A DNA stretch of 64,000 bases from an uncultured Collinsella sp. (GCA_958412345.1 CATYSO010000012.1:1577-65576); one strand, 5' to 3'. Shown: positions 11,507-22,381, counted from the first letter of the stretch. Notes: generated by a model from the letters alone, not told the origin. Program-made: numbers and translations.

Positions 11507-13380
11507 GCGCGATCACCCATCAATACATTCTTGGCGTGGAGCGTGGGGCAGATTCCGCAGCCGGTGCACGACGTGCGGGTGCAGTCGGGAGTCGTGACGC
11601 CCTCGAGCGAGCGACGGTACTCGCGCTCGAGGAAGCCGCGCGTGCAGCCGGGGCTCACGTGCTCCCACGGCAGGCGCCAGTCCAACTCGTAGGGCAGGTG
11701 CACGAGCTCATTGAGGTCGATGCCGTTTTTGGCAGCAGCCTCCTTCCAGTTATCGAGCGAGAAATGCTCTACCCAGGCGTCAAAGCGAGAGCCCGCGCGC
11801 CAAGCATCGATGATGACGGGCGTCATGTCACGACCGGCGCGGGAAAGCGCGGCCTCGATGAGCGAGGTCTCGGCATCGTGGTAATGCACGCGGACGGCGC
11901 GGTTGCGAACGCTCGTGATAAGCAGCTTCTGGCGACGCTTGACGTCGTCGTAGTCGAGCTGCGGGCACCACTGGAACGGCGTGGCAGCCTTGGGGATAAA
12001 GACCGAAACCGAGATGGACACCGAGATCGAGCCGCGACGGGCCTTGGGCACCACGGAACGACCGAGCTCCAGCACGTGATCGGCCAGATTGGCGATGGCC
12101 ACGATGTCCTCGTCGCGCTCGCCAGGAAGGCCCATCATAAAGTAGAGCTTCATGCGGTTCCAGCCGGCCTCGAAGGCCGCCTTGGCCGCACGGTCCAGGT
12201 CCTCCTCGGTCACGTTCTTGTTAATGATGTCGCGCATGCGCTGGCTGCCGGCCTCGGGCGCAAACGTCAGGCCGCCCTTCTTTTCGCCGGCGACCGACTC
12301 GGCCATATCCACGCCAAACGAATCCAGGCGCTGCGACGGAATAGACACGCGAATACCCGTATCCTCCAGGCGACGGTTGAGCCTGCCGAGAACGTCGCGA
12401 ATGCAGGAGTGGTCGGTCGTAGAGAGCGAGGTCAGCGACACCTCGTCATAGCCGGTCTTTTCCAGACCCTGAATCACCGACGAGACGATCTGGTCGGCCG
12501 AGCGCTCGCGCACCGGGCGATACGTCATGCCGGCCTGGCAAAAACGACAGCCGCGGGCGCAGCCACGCAGGATCTCGATAGACAGGCGGTCGTGAACCAG
12601 CTGCGCATAGGGCACGCACGACTGCGACAGCGGATTCGTGGCACCAAAGTCCTCGACCACGCGCTTGTAGACCACGGTCGGCGCATCCTTGCCCTCACGC
12701 GGCACGGTGTAGCCATGCGGCGAGCAGGGCTCGTCGTGACGAACCTCATAGAGCGACGGCACGTAGTTGCCGGCAATGGATGCAAGCTGCTCAACAATCT
12801 GCTCGCGCGGAACTCCTTCGTCGCGCAGGCGGCGATGCAGCTGGCAGGTCTCGAGCAGCGATTCCTCGCCCTCGCCGATGAGGATGGCATCGAAGAAGGC
12901 CGCGTACGGCTCGGGGTTGTACACCGAGGGACCGCCGGCGATGATGATGGGGTCGTCTTCACCTCGGTCGGCCGCTAACAGCGGAATGCCAGCGAGATCG
13001 AGTGCCTCGAGGAAGTTCGTCACCGCCATCTCGTGCGGCACATGCAGACCGACGATATCAAACGAAGCGACGGGGGCAGCACCTTCGAGCGACAGAAGCG
13101 GAATACCCGCCTCGCGCATGGCGTCACCCATATCGGGCCACGGCACATAGCCACGCTCGCAGGAGATGCCCTCGGCCTGGTTAAGGATGTTGTAGAGGAT
13201 GGCGATACCCTGGTTGGGCAGACCGACCTCGTACACATCCGGGTAGATCAGGCAGCAACGGTAGTCGGCATCGGCCTTTGAAAGCGTGCCCCACTCGTGA
13301 TCGATATAGCGACTCGGCTTTTCGACCTTGGCGAGCAGCGGCTCAATTAAATGAAAACAGTCTTGATACGGAACGCGCAA
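11503..13380 (-). CDS. B12-binding radical SAM protein (TIGR03960-like)
   Basis: VEKPSRY N-terminus, PDVYEVG, CARGCRFC (CxxxCxxC), GLTFAPEAGSQRMR, KLYFMMGLP and a C-terminal Cys cluster. Confidence 0.9.
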   Translation of the reverse strand: MRVPYQDCFHLIEPLLAKVEKPSRYIDHEWGTLSKADADYRCCLIYPDVYEVGLPNQGIAILYNILNQAEGISCERGYVPWPDMGDAMREAGIPLLSLEGAAPVASFDIVGLHVPHEMAVTNFLEALDLAGIPLLAADRGEDDPIIIAGGPSVYNPEPYAAFFDAILIGEGEESLLETCQLHRRLRDEGVPREQIVEQLASIAGNYVPSLYEVRHDEPCSPHGYTVPREGKDAPTVVYKRVVEDFGATNPLSQSCVPYAQLVHDRLSIEILRGCARGCRFCQAGMTYRPVRERSADQIVSSVIQGLEKTGYDEVSLTSLSTTDHSCIRDVLGRLNRRLEDTGIRVSIPSQRLDSFGVDMAESVAGEKKGGLTFAPEAGSQRMRDIINKNVTEEDLDRAAKAAFEAGWNRMKLYFMMGLPGERDEDIVAIANLADHVLELGRSVVPKARRGSISVSISVSVFIPKAATPFQWCPQLDYDDVKRRQKLLITSVRNRAVRVHYHDAETSLIEAALSRAGRDMTPVIIDAWRAGSRFDAWVEHFSLDNWKEAAAKNGIDLNELVHLPYELDWRLPWEHVSPGCTRGFLEREYRRSLEGVTTPDCTRTSCTGCGICPTLHAKNVLMGDRA

Positions 13381-13390
13381 CGGAAAACCC

Positions 13391-14320
13391 CTAAGCAGCG
13401 AGATCGGATGCGTCCTCGTAGGACGCCATAGGACGGGTAGCGCCCGCGACCGTGGTCACCAGATCGCGAACGCGGGAGAACGTAGCAGTGACCACCTCGT
13501 TGGCACGGCTGTAGTCAACATCGCGCTCGTAGAGCGAAACGAGCGCACGGCCCATGCCATAGGTGCCCGCGGCAGCAGTAAGCGCCTTGACGGCAAACCC
13601 AATATGCGGCGTCTGCTTGACGAGCGCGCGGGTGACCGCGCGGATCACAAGACCGCCGGCAAGCACGCCCGCGACCTCGTAGCCGCGCTCAGGCTTAATG
13701 CCGCGTCCAAAGACGGCAGCGAGCTCAAAGAGCATGCCCACCTGCGCCAACGCCATAACGGGATAATCGGCGCCCGGCAAAAACACCAGCGCACCGGTCG
13801 CCATATTGGTGAGCGCGCACGAGGTGATGATACGATTGGCCGCCGCGATGCGCATGAAGGCAAAGTTCGCCGCAAAAGCAGTTTCCTTGTCGGTGCGATC
13901 GAGAATCCAGCGGGCAAGCGTCTCGAGCAGATACGTTTTATCGGTCGCAGCCACCACGCCGAGCATGGGCGTGGACTCCTCGATAAACGGCACCTCCACA
14001 GCAGACTCAGCAAGCACGCACACGGGCGCGCCGGCGATCACGAGCTCCTGCACGGCACTCTCCAAGCGGTCGGAACCACACGAAAGTACCAGTACCACAT
14101 CGGTATCGGTCTTTGGAGCAATTCGCTCCTCCCCCAGACGCTCGACGCGCACAATGCCCGACGTCGTCTGCGGCACAAAGGCATCGCGGACCGTCTCGAC
14201 CAAAAAGCGCGAGGCAGACGAATCCAAGTACACCGAGACGCGCACCGGCGTATCGGAATCCTTCTTAACGGACGCGCCCATCTTAAAAGCGCGGGTCAGC
14301 TTATCTACGGGAATTTTCAT
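13391..14320 (-). CDS. Hypothetical protein with hydrophobic C-terminal half (DUF697-like)
   Basis: ORF with a GGAGG RBS, co-oriented between rodA and the radical SAM gene; PGADYPVMALAQVGM resembles DUF697-type helices. Confidence 0.6.
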   Translation of the reverse strand: MKIPVDKLTRAFKMGASVKKDSDTPVRVSVYLDSSASRFLVETVRDAFVPQTTSGIVRVERLGEERIAPKTDTDVVLVLSCGSDRLESAVQELVIAGAPVCVLAESAVEVPFIEESTPMLGVVAATDKTYLLETLARWILDRTDKETAFAANFAFMRIAAANRIITSCALTNMATGALVFLPGADYPVMALAQVGMLFELAAVFGRGIKPERGYEVAGVLAGGLVIRAVTRALVKQTPHIGFAVKALTAAAGTYGMGRALVSLYERDVDYSRANEVVTATFSRVRDLVTTVAGATRPMASYEDASDLAA

Positions 14321-14338
14321 AGCAAACCCCTCCAGCGG

Positions 14339-15565
14339 TTACGCGGCGCCCGAACGATGCCGCCATATGGATTGTACGATACCCACCGTCAGCAGTTGAA
14401 TCATCATCGAAGACGAACCGAAGCTAATAAACGGTAGCGGAATACCGGTAATCGGCATCATGCCGATGCACATGCCGATGTTTTCGAAGGTCTGAAACGC
14501 CCACATGCCAACGATGCCCACACACGAAAGACGCAAGAACAGCGACTCACACTTAAAGGCGACGCGAATCGTCGAAAAGATCAGCAGCACGTAGAGGCAC
14601 AGGAGCAAAAAGGAACCGCAAAAGCCAAAGGTCTCGGACAGGAAGGCGAAGACGAAGTCGGTGTGGAACTCAGGCAGAAAGCCGCCGGCCGACTGCGTCG
14701 CATGGCCCAAGCCCTTACCAAAGAAGCCGCCCGAGCCAACGGCGATAAGCGACTGCTGCAGGTTGTAGGCGTCGTCCGAATCGGCATTATCGGGGTCGAT
14801 AAAGACCGTCAAGCGATTCATCTGGTACTGCTTGATGAGCACGTCGTGGCCGAGCAGCGAATCGAAGACCGAGTCGAGCGCCAGGACGAGGGCCACCAAG
14901 CCCACGAGCAGGGCCAAGGTCGACAGCACCCATTCGCGGCGTGCGCCGCTCATGCAGATGACGATGGCACCCGAGACCAGCACGACCAGGCCCGAGCCCA
15001 GGTCGCCCATGGCGACGACGGCCAAAAACGGGATGGACAGCATACCGCAGAGCTTGACGTAGTCGCGAACGGTATCGATGCGGCCGTTGTATTGCGAGCC
15101 AAGCGTGGCGATAAAGAAGATGGTGATAAGCTTGGCAAGCTCAACGGGCTGGAATGTCAAGCCGATACCGGGAATCTTGATCCAGCCCGTCATACCTAGG
15201 CCGCCCGTATAGGACAGACCAGGAATCTTGGGCGAGAAGATCACGATCAGGTCGATGACGAGCAACGCCGTCGAGAAGTTGGAGATGCCGCGCAGGTCGG
15301 TACGCCACACCAGCACCGCCAGCACCGCCCCGATACCAATTCCTAGCAGGTGGCGCGAGAACGAGGCATCGGCCTTAAACTGCGAGGCCGACCAGATAAT
15401 GATGGCACCGTAGGCGACGAGCGCCACTGTAGCCACGAGCACACCGATATGCACCTTTTGGCGAAACGTGCCGCGCGAGGCCGAAAGCTGCTTGTTGACG
15501 CGGTCCAGGCTGCTGCGGGAGCCGGTCTTGGTTGAGCGGAACAGATCCGCCGGCGAAAAATCCAT
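14339..15565 (-). CDS. rodA: Rod shape-determining protein RodA (SEDS family)
   Basis: Multi-TM protein with FQPVELAK, DLGS, GSGGFFGKG, FLPEFHTDF and PITGIPLPFISFG. Confidence 0.93.
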   Translation of the reverse strand: MDFSPADLFRSTKTGSRSSLDRVNKQLSASRGTFRQKVHIGVLVATVALVAYGAIIIWSASQFKADASFSRHLLGIGIGAVLAVLVWRTDLRGISNFSTALLVIDLIVIFSPKIPGLSYTGGLGMTGWIKIPGIGLTFQPVELAKLITIFFIATLGSQYNGRIDTVRDYVKLCGMLSIPFLAVVAMGDLGSGLVVLVSGAIVICMSGARREWVLSTLALLVGLVALVLALDSVFDSLLGHDVLIKQYQMNRLTVFIDPDNADSDDAYNLQQSLIAVGSGGFFGKGLGHATQSAGGFLPEFHTDFVFAFLSETFGFCGSFLLLCLYVLLIFSTIRVAFKCESLFLRLSCVGIVGMWAFQTFENIGMCIGMMPITGIPLPFISFGSSSMMIQLLTVGIVQSIWRHRSGAA

Positions 15566-15574
15566 CGCAACCTC

Positions 15575-17644
15575 CTATCGAACCGAAGAATCGCCCGAAG
15601 CCGAAGAGGTATCGGGCTCGTCATAAATCACGCCGAGCACGTCACGCACGACATGCATTGCGGTATCAGAGCCACCGCCGCCCTGCTCCAGGACAGTAGC
15701 GATGACATACTTGGGGTCATCGGCCGGTGCATAGGCGCAGAACCACGCGTATTCGTCCTCGCCGCTTTTCTCTCCCGTGCCCGACTTGCCGTATACCTGC
15801 GGCGTCAGGGTGCCAAAGTGAGCCGCCAGGGACGTCGATGCCGTGTAAATCACGTCGTGCATGCCGTTGCGAACAAGAGCCAAATCCGAATCGCTGTTGA
15901 TCTTGGCCTCCAGGCGCTTCTTCTTGCCCTTGCCGTTGTACTTATAGGCATCGCCGTCGCCATCGCGCGACACGGCAGACAAAAACACGTGAGGCACGTA
16001 CTGTTTGCCGCCGTTGGCAAGACCCATATAGGCGCACGCCATCTGCAGGGGCGTCACCAGGATGTCGCCCTGGCCGATGACAATGTTGGTCATATCACCG
16101 GCGTTCCATTTGCGGTCCTCGGCAGAGGCGTCGGTGAAGTACGACTCTTTCCACTCGGCATCGGGAATACGGCCCGCGCCCTCACTCGGCAGATCGATAC
16201 CGCAGGTCTTGCCTAGGCCCCAGCGACGAAAGACCTCCTGCAGGCCCTCGGAATGTTGCTCGTCATAAAAGAACGCCTTGCCCATGTCGTAGAAGACGGG
16301 GTCGCACGAGTTGGCGATACCCGACTGCAGCGTCATGGTGCCGTGGCCAGACGTCAGCCAGCAGCGCTTGCCCCAAGCCTTGCCCAAGCCCGTCCAATAG
16401 CCCGTGCAGTTGGTTGTCTGCGTTGAAGTGTAGGTTCCAAACTCAAGACCGGCCAGTGCCGAGAGCGGCTTGATGGTCGAGGCCGACATGTACTGTCCGC
16501 TAATGGCGCGGTTGAGCAGCGGGTGCGAACCCTTGTCATCATTGAGCTCGGTCCACACGTCATTTGAGACGCCGCCGATAAAGACGGACGGATCGAACTT
16601 GGGCTCGCTCGCCATGCCCAGAATCTCGCCATTGTTGGGATCGAGACACACCACAGCGCCGTTGCCGGCATTGCTGTAGCCAGTGGTCTTGGCAAGCTCG
16701 ATGGCGCTCGCCAGCGCCGTCTCGCAGGCCTGTTGGATCTTAAGATCGAGCGTAAGCTTAATGTCGGAGCCGGCCTTCGCGGGCACGGCGCCGGCCTGAC
16801 CGGTCACATTGCCCGAGGCATCGACCTTGACGGTCTGCTCGCCACGAATACCCTGCAGCAGGTTTTCGTAGTAGCTCTCAACGCCCGCTTGGCCCACGAT
16901 ATCGCCCGACTGGTACGTAATCCGGCCAGCAGAAGCATCATCATCGCCAGAGGATTTCTTATTCTGGGCCTCGAGCTGCTCGGAAGTAATGGTGCCGGTA
17001 TAGCCCAAGATATGGCATGCCGTCTCGCCGTAGGGATACTGGCGCTCGGTGCGCTCGGCAATTTTGACGCCCGGGAACTCGCCGGCGTGCTCCTGAATAT
17101 AGGCAACCGTGGAGCGACGGACGTCCGTCGCGATGGTGTGCAGGCTCTGGGCGCCCTCGGAATTGTCCTGAATGTTGCGCAGAACCGCCACGTAAGGCAT
17201 TCCGAGCACGTTGGCAAGATGACGAACCAGAACCTCATCCTCGGCAAGGTCGCGGTAGGCCACGACGGCAAGCGAGGGACGGTTTTGGACAAGCGCCACG
17301 CCATTGCGGTCGAGGATGCGGCCGCGCACAGCGGGTGTGGTAACGGTGCGAGTCTGATTGCTATTAGCCTGCTTCTCGTAATAGTCCGACGAGACCATCT
17401 GCATGCCCCACAGCTTGACGGCAAGCGCCGCGAACATCGCGCCCACGCCGGTGGTGAGAATGGAGAAGCGGCCCTTAAAGGCGGTCGCCGCGGTATTGCC
17501 CTCGCCCTCGGTGGCGCGCGGGGCCGTTCCATGCTGCGTATCGTAGGTAAAACGGGAATCGCCGCGACGCATGATGACCAGCGCGACCACGATGGCCACA
17601 ACCAGCACGATACCGGCGATGATAACCGTCATCTGGGAAGACAT
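15575..17644 (-). CDS. mrdA: Penicillin-binding protein 2 (class B)
   Basis: RGRILDRNG, SxxK (STIK), SCD and KSGTG motifs; within the mre cluster. Confidence 0.93.
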   Translation of the reverse strand: MSSQMTVIIAGIVLVVAIVVALVIMRRGDSRFTYDTQHGTAPRATEGEGNTAATAFKGRFSILTTGVGAMFAALAVKLWGMQMVSSDYYEKQANSNQTRTVTTPAVRGRILDRNGVALVQNRPSLAVVAYRDLAEDEVLVRHLANVLGMPYVAVLRNIQDNSEGAQSLHTIATDVRRSTVAYIQEHAGEFPGVKIAERTERQYPYGETACHILGYTGTITSEQLEAQNKKSSGDDDASAGRITYQSGDIVGQAGVESYYENLLQGIRGEQTVKVDASGNVTGQAGAVPAKAGSDIKLTLDLKIQQACETALASAIELAKTTGYSNAGNGAVVCLDPNNGEILGMASEPKFDPSVFIGGVSNDVWTELNDDKGSHPLLNRAISGQYMSASTIKPLSALAGLEFGTYTSTQTTNCTGYWTGLGKAWGKRCWLTSGHGTMTLQSGIANSCDPVFYDMGKAFFYDEQHSEGLQEVFRRWGLGKTCGIDLPSEGAGRIPDAEWKESYFTDASAEDRKWNAGDMTNIVIGQGDILVTPLQMACAYMGLANGGKQYVPHVFLSAVSRDGDGDAYKYNGKGKKKRLEAKINSDSDLALVRNGMHDVIYTASTSLAAHFGTLTPQVYGKSGTGEKSGEDEYAWFCAYAPADDPKYVIATVLEQGGGGSDTAMHVVRDVLGVIYDEPDTSSASGDSSVR

Positions 17645-17657
17645 CTACGGGCCTCCC

Positions 17658-18230
17658 CTATTTGAGTTTGCGGGTCTTGGGCTTAAAGCGCATACCCGTC
17701 TGGCGTCCGCCACGTGCGGAGAATCCATAGCCGGACTGCGGCACGACGCCGGACATCAAAAACGGAATGGCAACCAGACCCGTCAGGATCGAAGACGGCA
17801 GCGCATGGCCAAAGATCGCCACGACAAAGCTCGTCTCCAAACCCATAAACAGCAAGATGATGCTGTAGATCACATTAATGACGAGCGCAAAGGCGCCCAC
17901 AGTGATGCCGCGCGCACTCGGGGTACCGCCGGTCTGACCGGCAGCACTGTGCACCAGGGCAAAAGAACCCACGGTCAGCAGGAGCGACATAACTCCCACC
18001 GGCACGGCAGCGGACAGGTCATAAAACAAGCCGCTGCAAAAACCGCACACGACGGCACGGGTCGGGTCGCCCGAGAACACGCTTAAGCACACCAGGATAA
18101 TCATGAAGTTGACACGACCGCCCGCAATGGAGATCTGCGGTGCCAGGCCTGCCTGCAGCAGCACGCACACGATGGCGGCGATTACAAACGTGCGGGAGCT
18201 CATCCCCTGCTCGTGTAGATCCATGGACAT
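17658..18230 (-). CDS. mreD: Rod shape-determining protein MreD
   Basis: Multi-TM protein with GFCSGLFYD, between mreC and mrdA. Confidence 0.85.
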   Translation of the reverse strand: MSMDLHEQGMSSRTFVIAAIVCVLLQAGLAPQISIAGGRVNFMIILVCLSVFSGDPTRAVVCGFCSGLFYDLSAAVPVGVMSLLLTVGSFALVHSAAGQTGGTPSARGITVGAFALVINVIYSIILLFMGLETSFVVAIFGHALPSSILTGLVAIPFLMSGVVPQSGYGFSARGGRQTGMRFKPKTRKLK

Positions 18231-18235
18231 GCCCC

Positions 18236-19234
18236 CTATTCGCTCGAGCCAGAATCGGTCGTCTCAGACGTGTCGGAACTGTCATCCGAGCTCTCGTCCT
18301 TCGTCTTGGTCGCAGCATCGCGCGACGTTCCCTGCGGCGTGCTATTAGCCGTGCTCACGTCCTCATCCGAGGCCGACTGTTCGTCGGTCAGCGAGGTGAT
18401 GACCAGCACTTCCTCGTTGTTCTCGGCCGTCGTCTGGGCGCGCACCACAATGGTGTAGTACACGTCGTTTGCCGATTTCTCAACCGAAGAGACGGTGCCG
18501 AGCGGAAGGCCCTTGGGGAACACACCGCCAATGCCCGAGGTCACGATGATGTCGCCAACCTTAACGTCGGAGTCAACGCTCACGTACTCAAGACGTAGCG
18601 TGCCGTCAGCCTGACCCTGCAGCATGCCCTGGGCGCGCGTGTCCTGCACCATGGCGGACACGCCCGAGTTCTCATCGCCGATCAGGCGCACGGTGGACGT
18701 CTTGGCCGAGACCTCGATAATCTGGCCTATGACACCGGCAGAACTCGTCACGGGCATGTTGATGGTAAGCCCGTCGGCAGAACCCTTATCGATGGTAACG
18801 GTCGAGGTCCAGGCATCGCCCGAAGCGCCGACGATACGAGCTGCAGTGGACTTGAGGTTGTAGGTCGACTGCAGACCGACCAGACCCTCCAGTCGCTCGG
18901 CGGTCTTTTGAGCCTCGGAGAGCTCGGCGACCTTAGAGGTAAGTTCCTCGTTTTGCTTCTTAAGCTCGTCAAGCGTGTCCTGCGACGCTGTAAGGTTAGA
19001 GAACACGTTACCGATCGCATTGAAGGGAGCCGCCACAGCCGAGCCCAGAAAACGCACCGGCGAGGTAATCGTCGTCACGCCCGAACGCACGGCATGAATC
19101 GGCCCCGTCTCGCCCTCGCGAATGTAAAACGTAAGCAGCAACACCGAAATCAGGCTGAAAACAATCAACGGGCGCATACCCGTTGATTGTCGCTTGGTAT
19201 TCAGATTTGTGGAGAAACCCGAAGATCGTGCCAA
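18236..19234 (-). CDS. mreC: Rod shape-determining protein MreC
   Basis: TM plus coiled coil, IDKGSADG and VTSGIGGVFPKGLPLG. Confidence 0.94.
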   Translation of the reverse strand: MARSSGFSTNLNTKRQSTGMRPLIVFSLISVLLLTFYIREGETGPIHAVRSGVTTITSPVRFLGSAVAAPFNAIGNVFSNLTASQDTLDELKKQNEELTSKVAELSEAQKTAERLEGLVGLQSTYNLKSTAARIVGASGDAWTSTVTIDKGSADGLTINMPVTSSAGVIGQIIEVSAKTSTVRLIGDENSGVSAMVQDTRAQGMLQGQADGTLRLEYVSVDSDVKVGDIIVTSGIGGVFPKGLPLGTVSSVEKSANDVYYTIVVRAQTTAENNEEVLVITSLTDEQSASDEDVSTANSTPQGTSRDAATKTKDESSDDSSDTSETTDSGSSE

Positions 19235-19255
19235 ATGGAATCCACCTTTTGGAAA

Positions 19256-20299
19256 TTAAGCATTGGTCTGGACGAAGCCGCCATCAAACGCATTGGCCTC
19301 GAGCACGCGGGCACAGCCGTTAACAACGTTATCGAGCGCCGTGGGGCTGACGTTGACCGAAACGCCGGTCTCATCGCGCAGGCGCACGTCGAGACCGCGC
19401 AGCAGCGCGCCGCCACCAGTCAGCAAAATGCCGTAGTACATAAGGTCCGAGGCAAGATCGGGAGGCGTAGCGTCGAGTGCGTCCTTGACGGCCTTGGCCA
19501 TCTCGTCGAGCGGCTTGTTGAGCGCGCGACGAATCTCCTCGCTCTCGATGCGCACGGTCTTGGGCAGACCGGTGATCACGTCGCGGCCGTTGACCTCGAC
19601 GTCGAGCTCGTCCTTGAGCGGCACGGCGGAGCCGACCTTGATCTTGATGTCCTCTGCCGTACGCTCGCCGATGGCCAGGTTGTAGGCATCACGAACGTGC
19701 GTAAGGATGGCCTGATCGAACTCGTCGCCGGCAATACGAATGGACTGCGAGACGACGATGCCGCCCATAGCGATAACGGCAACCTCGGTGGTACCGCCAC
19801 CGATGTCGATGACCATGGAACCGGTAGGTTCCTCAACGGGCAGGTCGGCGCCGATAGCGGCGGCCATAGGCTCTTCGATCAGATAGGCCTGGCGGGCACC
19901 GGCCTGGATCGTAGCCTCAAAGACAGCGCGCTTCTCGACCGACGTGACACCGGAGGGAACGCAGACGACAACACGCGGACGCGGAGTCCACGGATAGCGC
20001 TTCTCGGACGCCTTGTCGATAAAGTAGCGAAGCATGGCCTCGGTAACATCGAAGTCGGCGATGACGCCGTCTTTCAGGGGACGAACGGCCACGATGTTGC
20101 CGGGCGTACGGCCGAGCATGCGCTTTGCCTCGATACCGACCGCCAGGATGCGCTCGTCGTTCTTGTCGATGGCGACAACGGAGGGCTCGCGAATGACGAT
20201 GCCCTTGCCGCGCACGGAGACAAGCGTATTTGCGGTGCCGAGGTCGATGGCAAGATCGCCCGCATAGCTACCGAAGAACATATCCATCAAAGAAAACAA
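19256..20299 (-). CDS. mreB: Actin-like rod shape protein MreB
   Basis: Motifs IDLGTANT, PLKDGVIADF, DIGGGTTE and LTGGGALL. Confidence 0.97.
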   Translation of the reverse strand: MFSLMDMFFGSYAGDLAIDLGTANTLVSVRGKGIVIREPSVVAIDKNDERILAVGIEAKRMLGRTPGNIVAVRPLKDGVIADFDVTEAMLRYFIDKASEKRYPWTPRPRVVVCVPSGVTSVEKRAVFEATIQAGARQAYLIEEPMAAAIGADLPVEEPTGSMVIDIGGGTTEVAVIAMGGIVVSQSIRIAGDEFDQAILTHVRDAYNLAIGERTAEDIKIKVGSAVPLKDELDVEVNGRDVITGLPKTVRIESEEIRRALNKPLDEMAKAVKDALDATPPDLASDLMYYGILLTGGGALLRGLDVRLRDETGVSVNVSPTALDNVVNGCARVLEANAFDGGFVQTNA

Positions 20300-20414
20300 C
20301 GCAACTCCTGATGTGTTGGATGATTGCTGGAAAACTACTAGCTCATCATACTAGCGCAAGCCCGGCGCCTCACTTGCGGTGAAGCGCCGGGCAAAGCTAA
20401 ATCCCATAAGGTCA

Positions 20415-21719
20415 CTACTGGTTGTCAGCAGCCGAGAAATCCATATCGAGGGAGGAAACGGCCCAGCCGATATGGTTGTCGGAGCGCACGAATTTGACGG
20501 TGTACTCCTGCTCGCCGCCCTTGGACAGCGATGCCTTCACCTTAGCGGTCGTCTCGGTCATGGACTGATCCATGCCCTCGACGGACACGGTGGCACCCTG
20601 CGGAATCGAGGAGATGATCATCGACTTAGCGTCCTCGGACAGGTTCGAGGCCAGGCAAGACTCGGCCTTTGCGGTGTCACCGTCGCCGGCAGCCTGGAAC
20701 AGATCGGTAACGACAGACTCCTGAGACGGGAAGCCCAGGCCGCGCGTGTAGGCAAAGCCCAGACCGCCCGCGGCGATCAAAATGAGCAGAAGCAGCACGA
20801 TGAAGACTTTGAGACCCGTGTGGCGATGGCGACGACGGACCTTGGCCTGCTTACGATCCTGACGGTCCTGCTGGACCATCTCGGACTCGGACAGCGTAAA
20901 GAAGCCGGTGTCCGAGGGGTCGGGCATAAACTGACCAGTTGCGCCCGTGGGATCGAGCGGGTCGACGGCAGGAGCGTCCATCGCGGGCGCCGGAGCCGTA
21001 GCCATGGCCGTCTGAGCGGAAAGCGCAGCCAGCGAATCATGAACGCGGGCAAGTTCGTCGGCCTGCTCGGGCGTGAGCTGGTAGATGCCGTCGGCGGTAG
21101 CGGCGTTAAAGGCGTCGAGCGCATCGGAGGGACGACCGGCGGCGGAAAGCGCCTGGCCCATGCCGGCATTGAGTGCGCGCGTATCGTCACGCGGGCCGGC
21201 AAAGTCGATAGCCGTGCGATAGGTTTCCACGGCATCTGCCGGGCGACCGAGCTTGATAAAGCAACGGCCGAGCTCGCCGAGCGCGGCGGCGGGAGCCGGA
21301 TTGGCGCCGTCGATAGCGGCCTGACGGAAGGCGGTGCCGGCGTTGGCATAATCGCCCGCTTGGAACAGCGCGTTGCCCAAGCCCAGATAGGCCTTGAACG
21401 GCGTGGCATAGGAAGCGTCCTGCGTTGCAGCGGAAAACGCCTGGGCGGCCGTGGTGTAGTCACCCACCGCCGCGAGCGCCTTGCCGCGATTGGTGAGCAG
21501 GGCGCCGCGCTTGCCATAGGTACCGTCGTTGAGGGCGGCGGCATAGGCCTCGGCGGCCTCGGCATACATGCCCAGGTGCATCAAGGCGTTACCGCGAAGA
21601 TGGTCGGCCTCGCCCATAATCTCATCGGGGGTCTTTGCCGCCGAGAGCATCTGGGCGGCAGCGGAAAAATCACCCGCGCGGTAAGCCGCGCGACCCTGTT
21701 GAATCAGCTGGCTATTCAA
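20415..21719 (-). CDS. TPR-repeat membrane-anchored protein
   Basis: About 5-6 Ala-rich TPR-like repeats, a basic patch (RRRHRH), one TM and an extracytoplasmic C-terminal domain. Confidence 0.8.
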   Translation of the reverse strand: MNSQLIQQGRAAYRAGDFSAAAQMLSAAKTPDEIMGEADHLRGNALMHLGMYAEAAEAYAAALNDGTYGKRGALLTNRGKALAAVGDYTTAAQAFSAATQDASYATPFKAYLGLGNALFQAGDYANAGTAFRQAAIDGANPAPAAALGELGRCFIKLGRPADAVETYRTAIDFAGPRDDTRALNAGMGQALSAAGRPSDALDAFNAATADGIYQLTPEQADELARVHDSLAALSAQTAMATAPAPAMDAPAVDPLDPTGATGQFMPDPSDTGFFTLSESEMVQQDRQDRKQAKVRRRHRHTGLKVFIVLLLLILIAAGGLGFAYTRGLGFPSQESVVTDLFQAAGDGDTAKAESCLASNLSEDAKSMIISSIPQGATVSVEGMDQSMTETTAKVKASLSKGGEQEYTVKFVRSDNHIGWAVSSLDMDFSAADNQ

Positions 21720-21730
21720 GGAAGTCCCCT

Positions 21731-22273
21731 TTACTCGTGAACGATCTCGACGTGAACGATCTCATCGCCGGCACGCAGCTGCGAGATCACATCGAGGCCC
21801 TCGACCGTGGTGCCAAAGACGGTGTAACCGGAGTCAAGGTTATGCTGGGCGCCCAGGCAGAAGTAGAACTGAGAACCCGCGGAATCGGGATCCATGGAGC
21901 GAGCCATGGCAAGCGCGCCGTCAACATGGCTGTTGCGCGGATTGGTAGCAAACTCGCCCTTAATGCAATAGCCGGGGCCACCGGTACCGGGCATGCCGTC
22001 GGGGCCCTCAAGACCGGCAGCGACGTCGGCGCCGGACATATCGCGGGTATTGGGATCGCCGCCCTGGATGACAAAACCGGGGACATAGCGATGGAACTTA
22101 AGGCCGTCGTAGAAGCCCATCGTGGAAAGCTCGCAGAAGTTCGCCACATGAATGGGGGCGCCCTCACCGTCAAGCTTGACCTTGATGGTGCCCTTCGACG
22201 TCTCGATCACCGCGCACTCGTCACCGGCGAGCTGGTACTCGGGCGTATAGAGCTCTTTCTTAAAACCAAACAT
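21731..22273 (-). CDS. Cyclophilin-type peptidyl-prolyl isomerase
   Basis: FYDGLKFHRYVPGFVIQGGDP, AMARS, AGSQFY and YTVFG; start placed at ATG 22273. Confidence 0.94.
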   Translation of the reverse strand: MFGFKKELYTPEYQLAGDECAVIETSKGTIKVKLDGEGAPIHVANFCELSTMGFYDGLKFHRYVPGFVIQGGDPNTRDMSGADVAAGLEGPDGMPGTGGPGYCIKGEFATNPRNSHVDGALAMARSMDPDSAGSQFYFCLGAQHNLDSGYTVFGTTVEGLDVISQLRAGDEIVHVEIVHE

Positions 22274-22381
22274 GTGGTTCCTTCCTCGTGCGTTTAAAGC
22301 ATATATGTACGAATTGTAGCAATAAGCACAGGCTTCCATCAATTGCGCACGTAGGTTATACCGTCCAGGGCGAACTAATTT

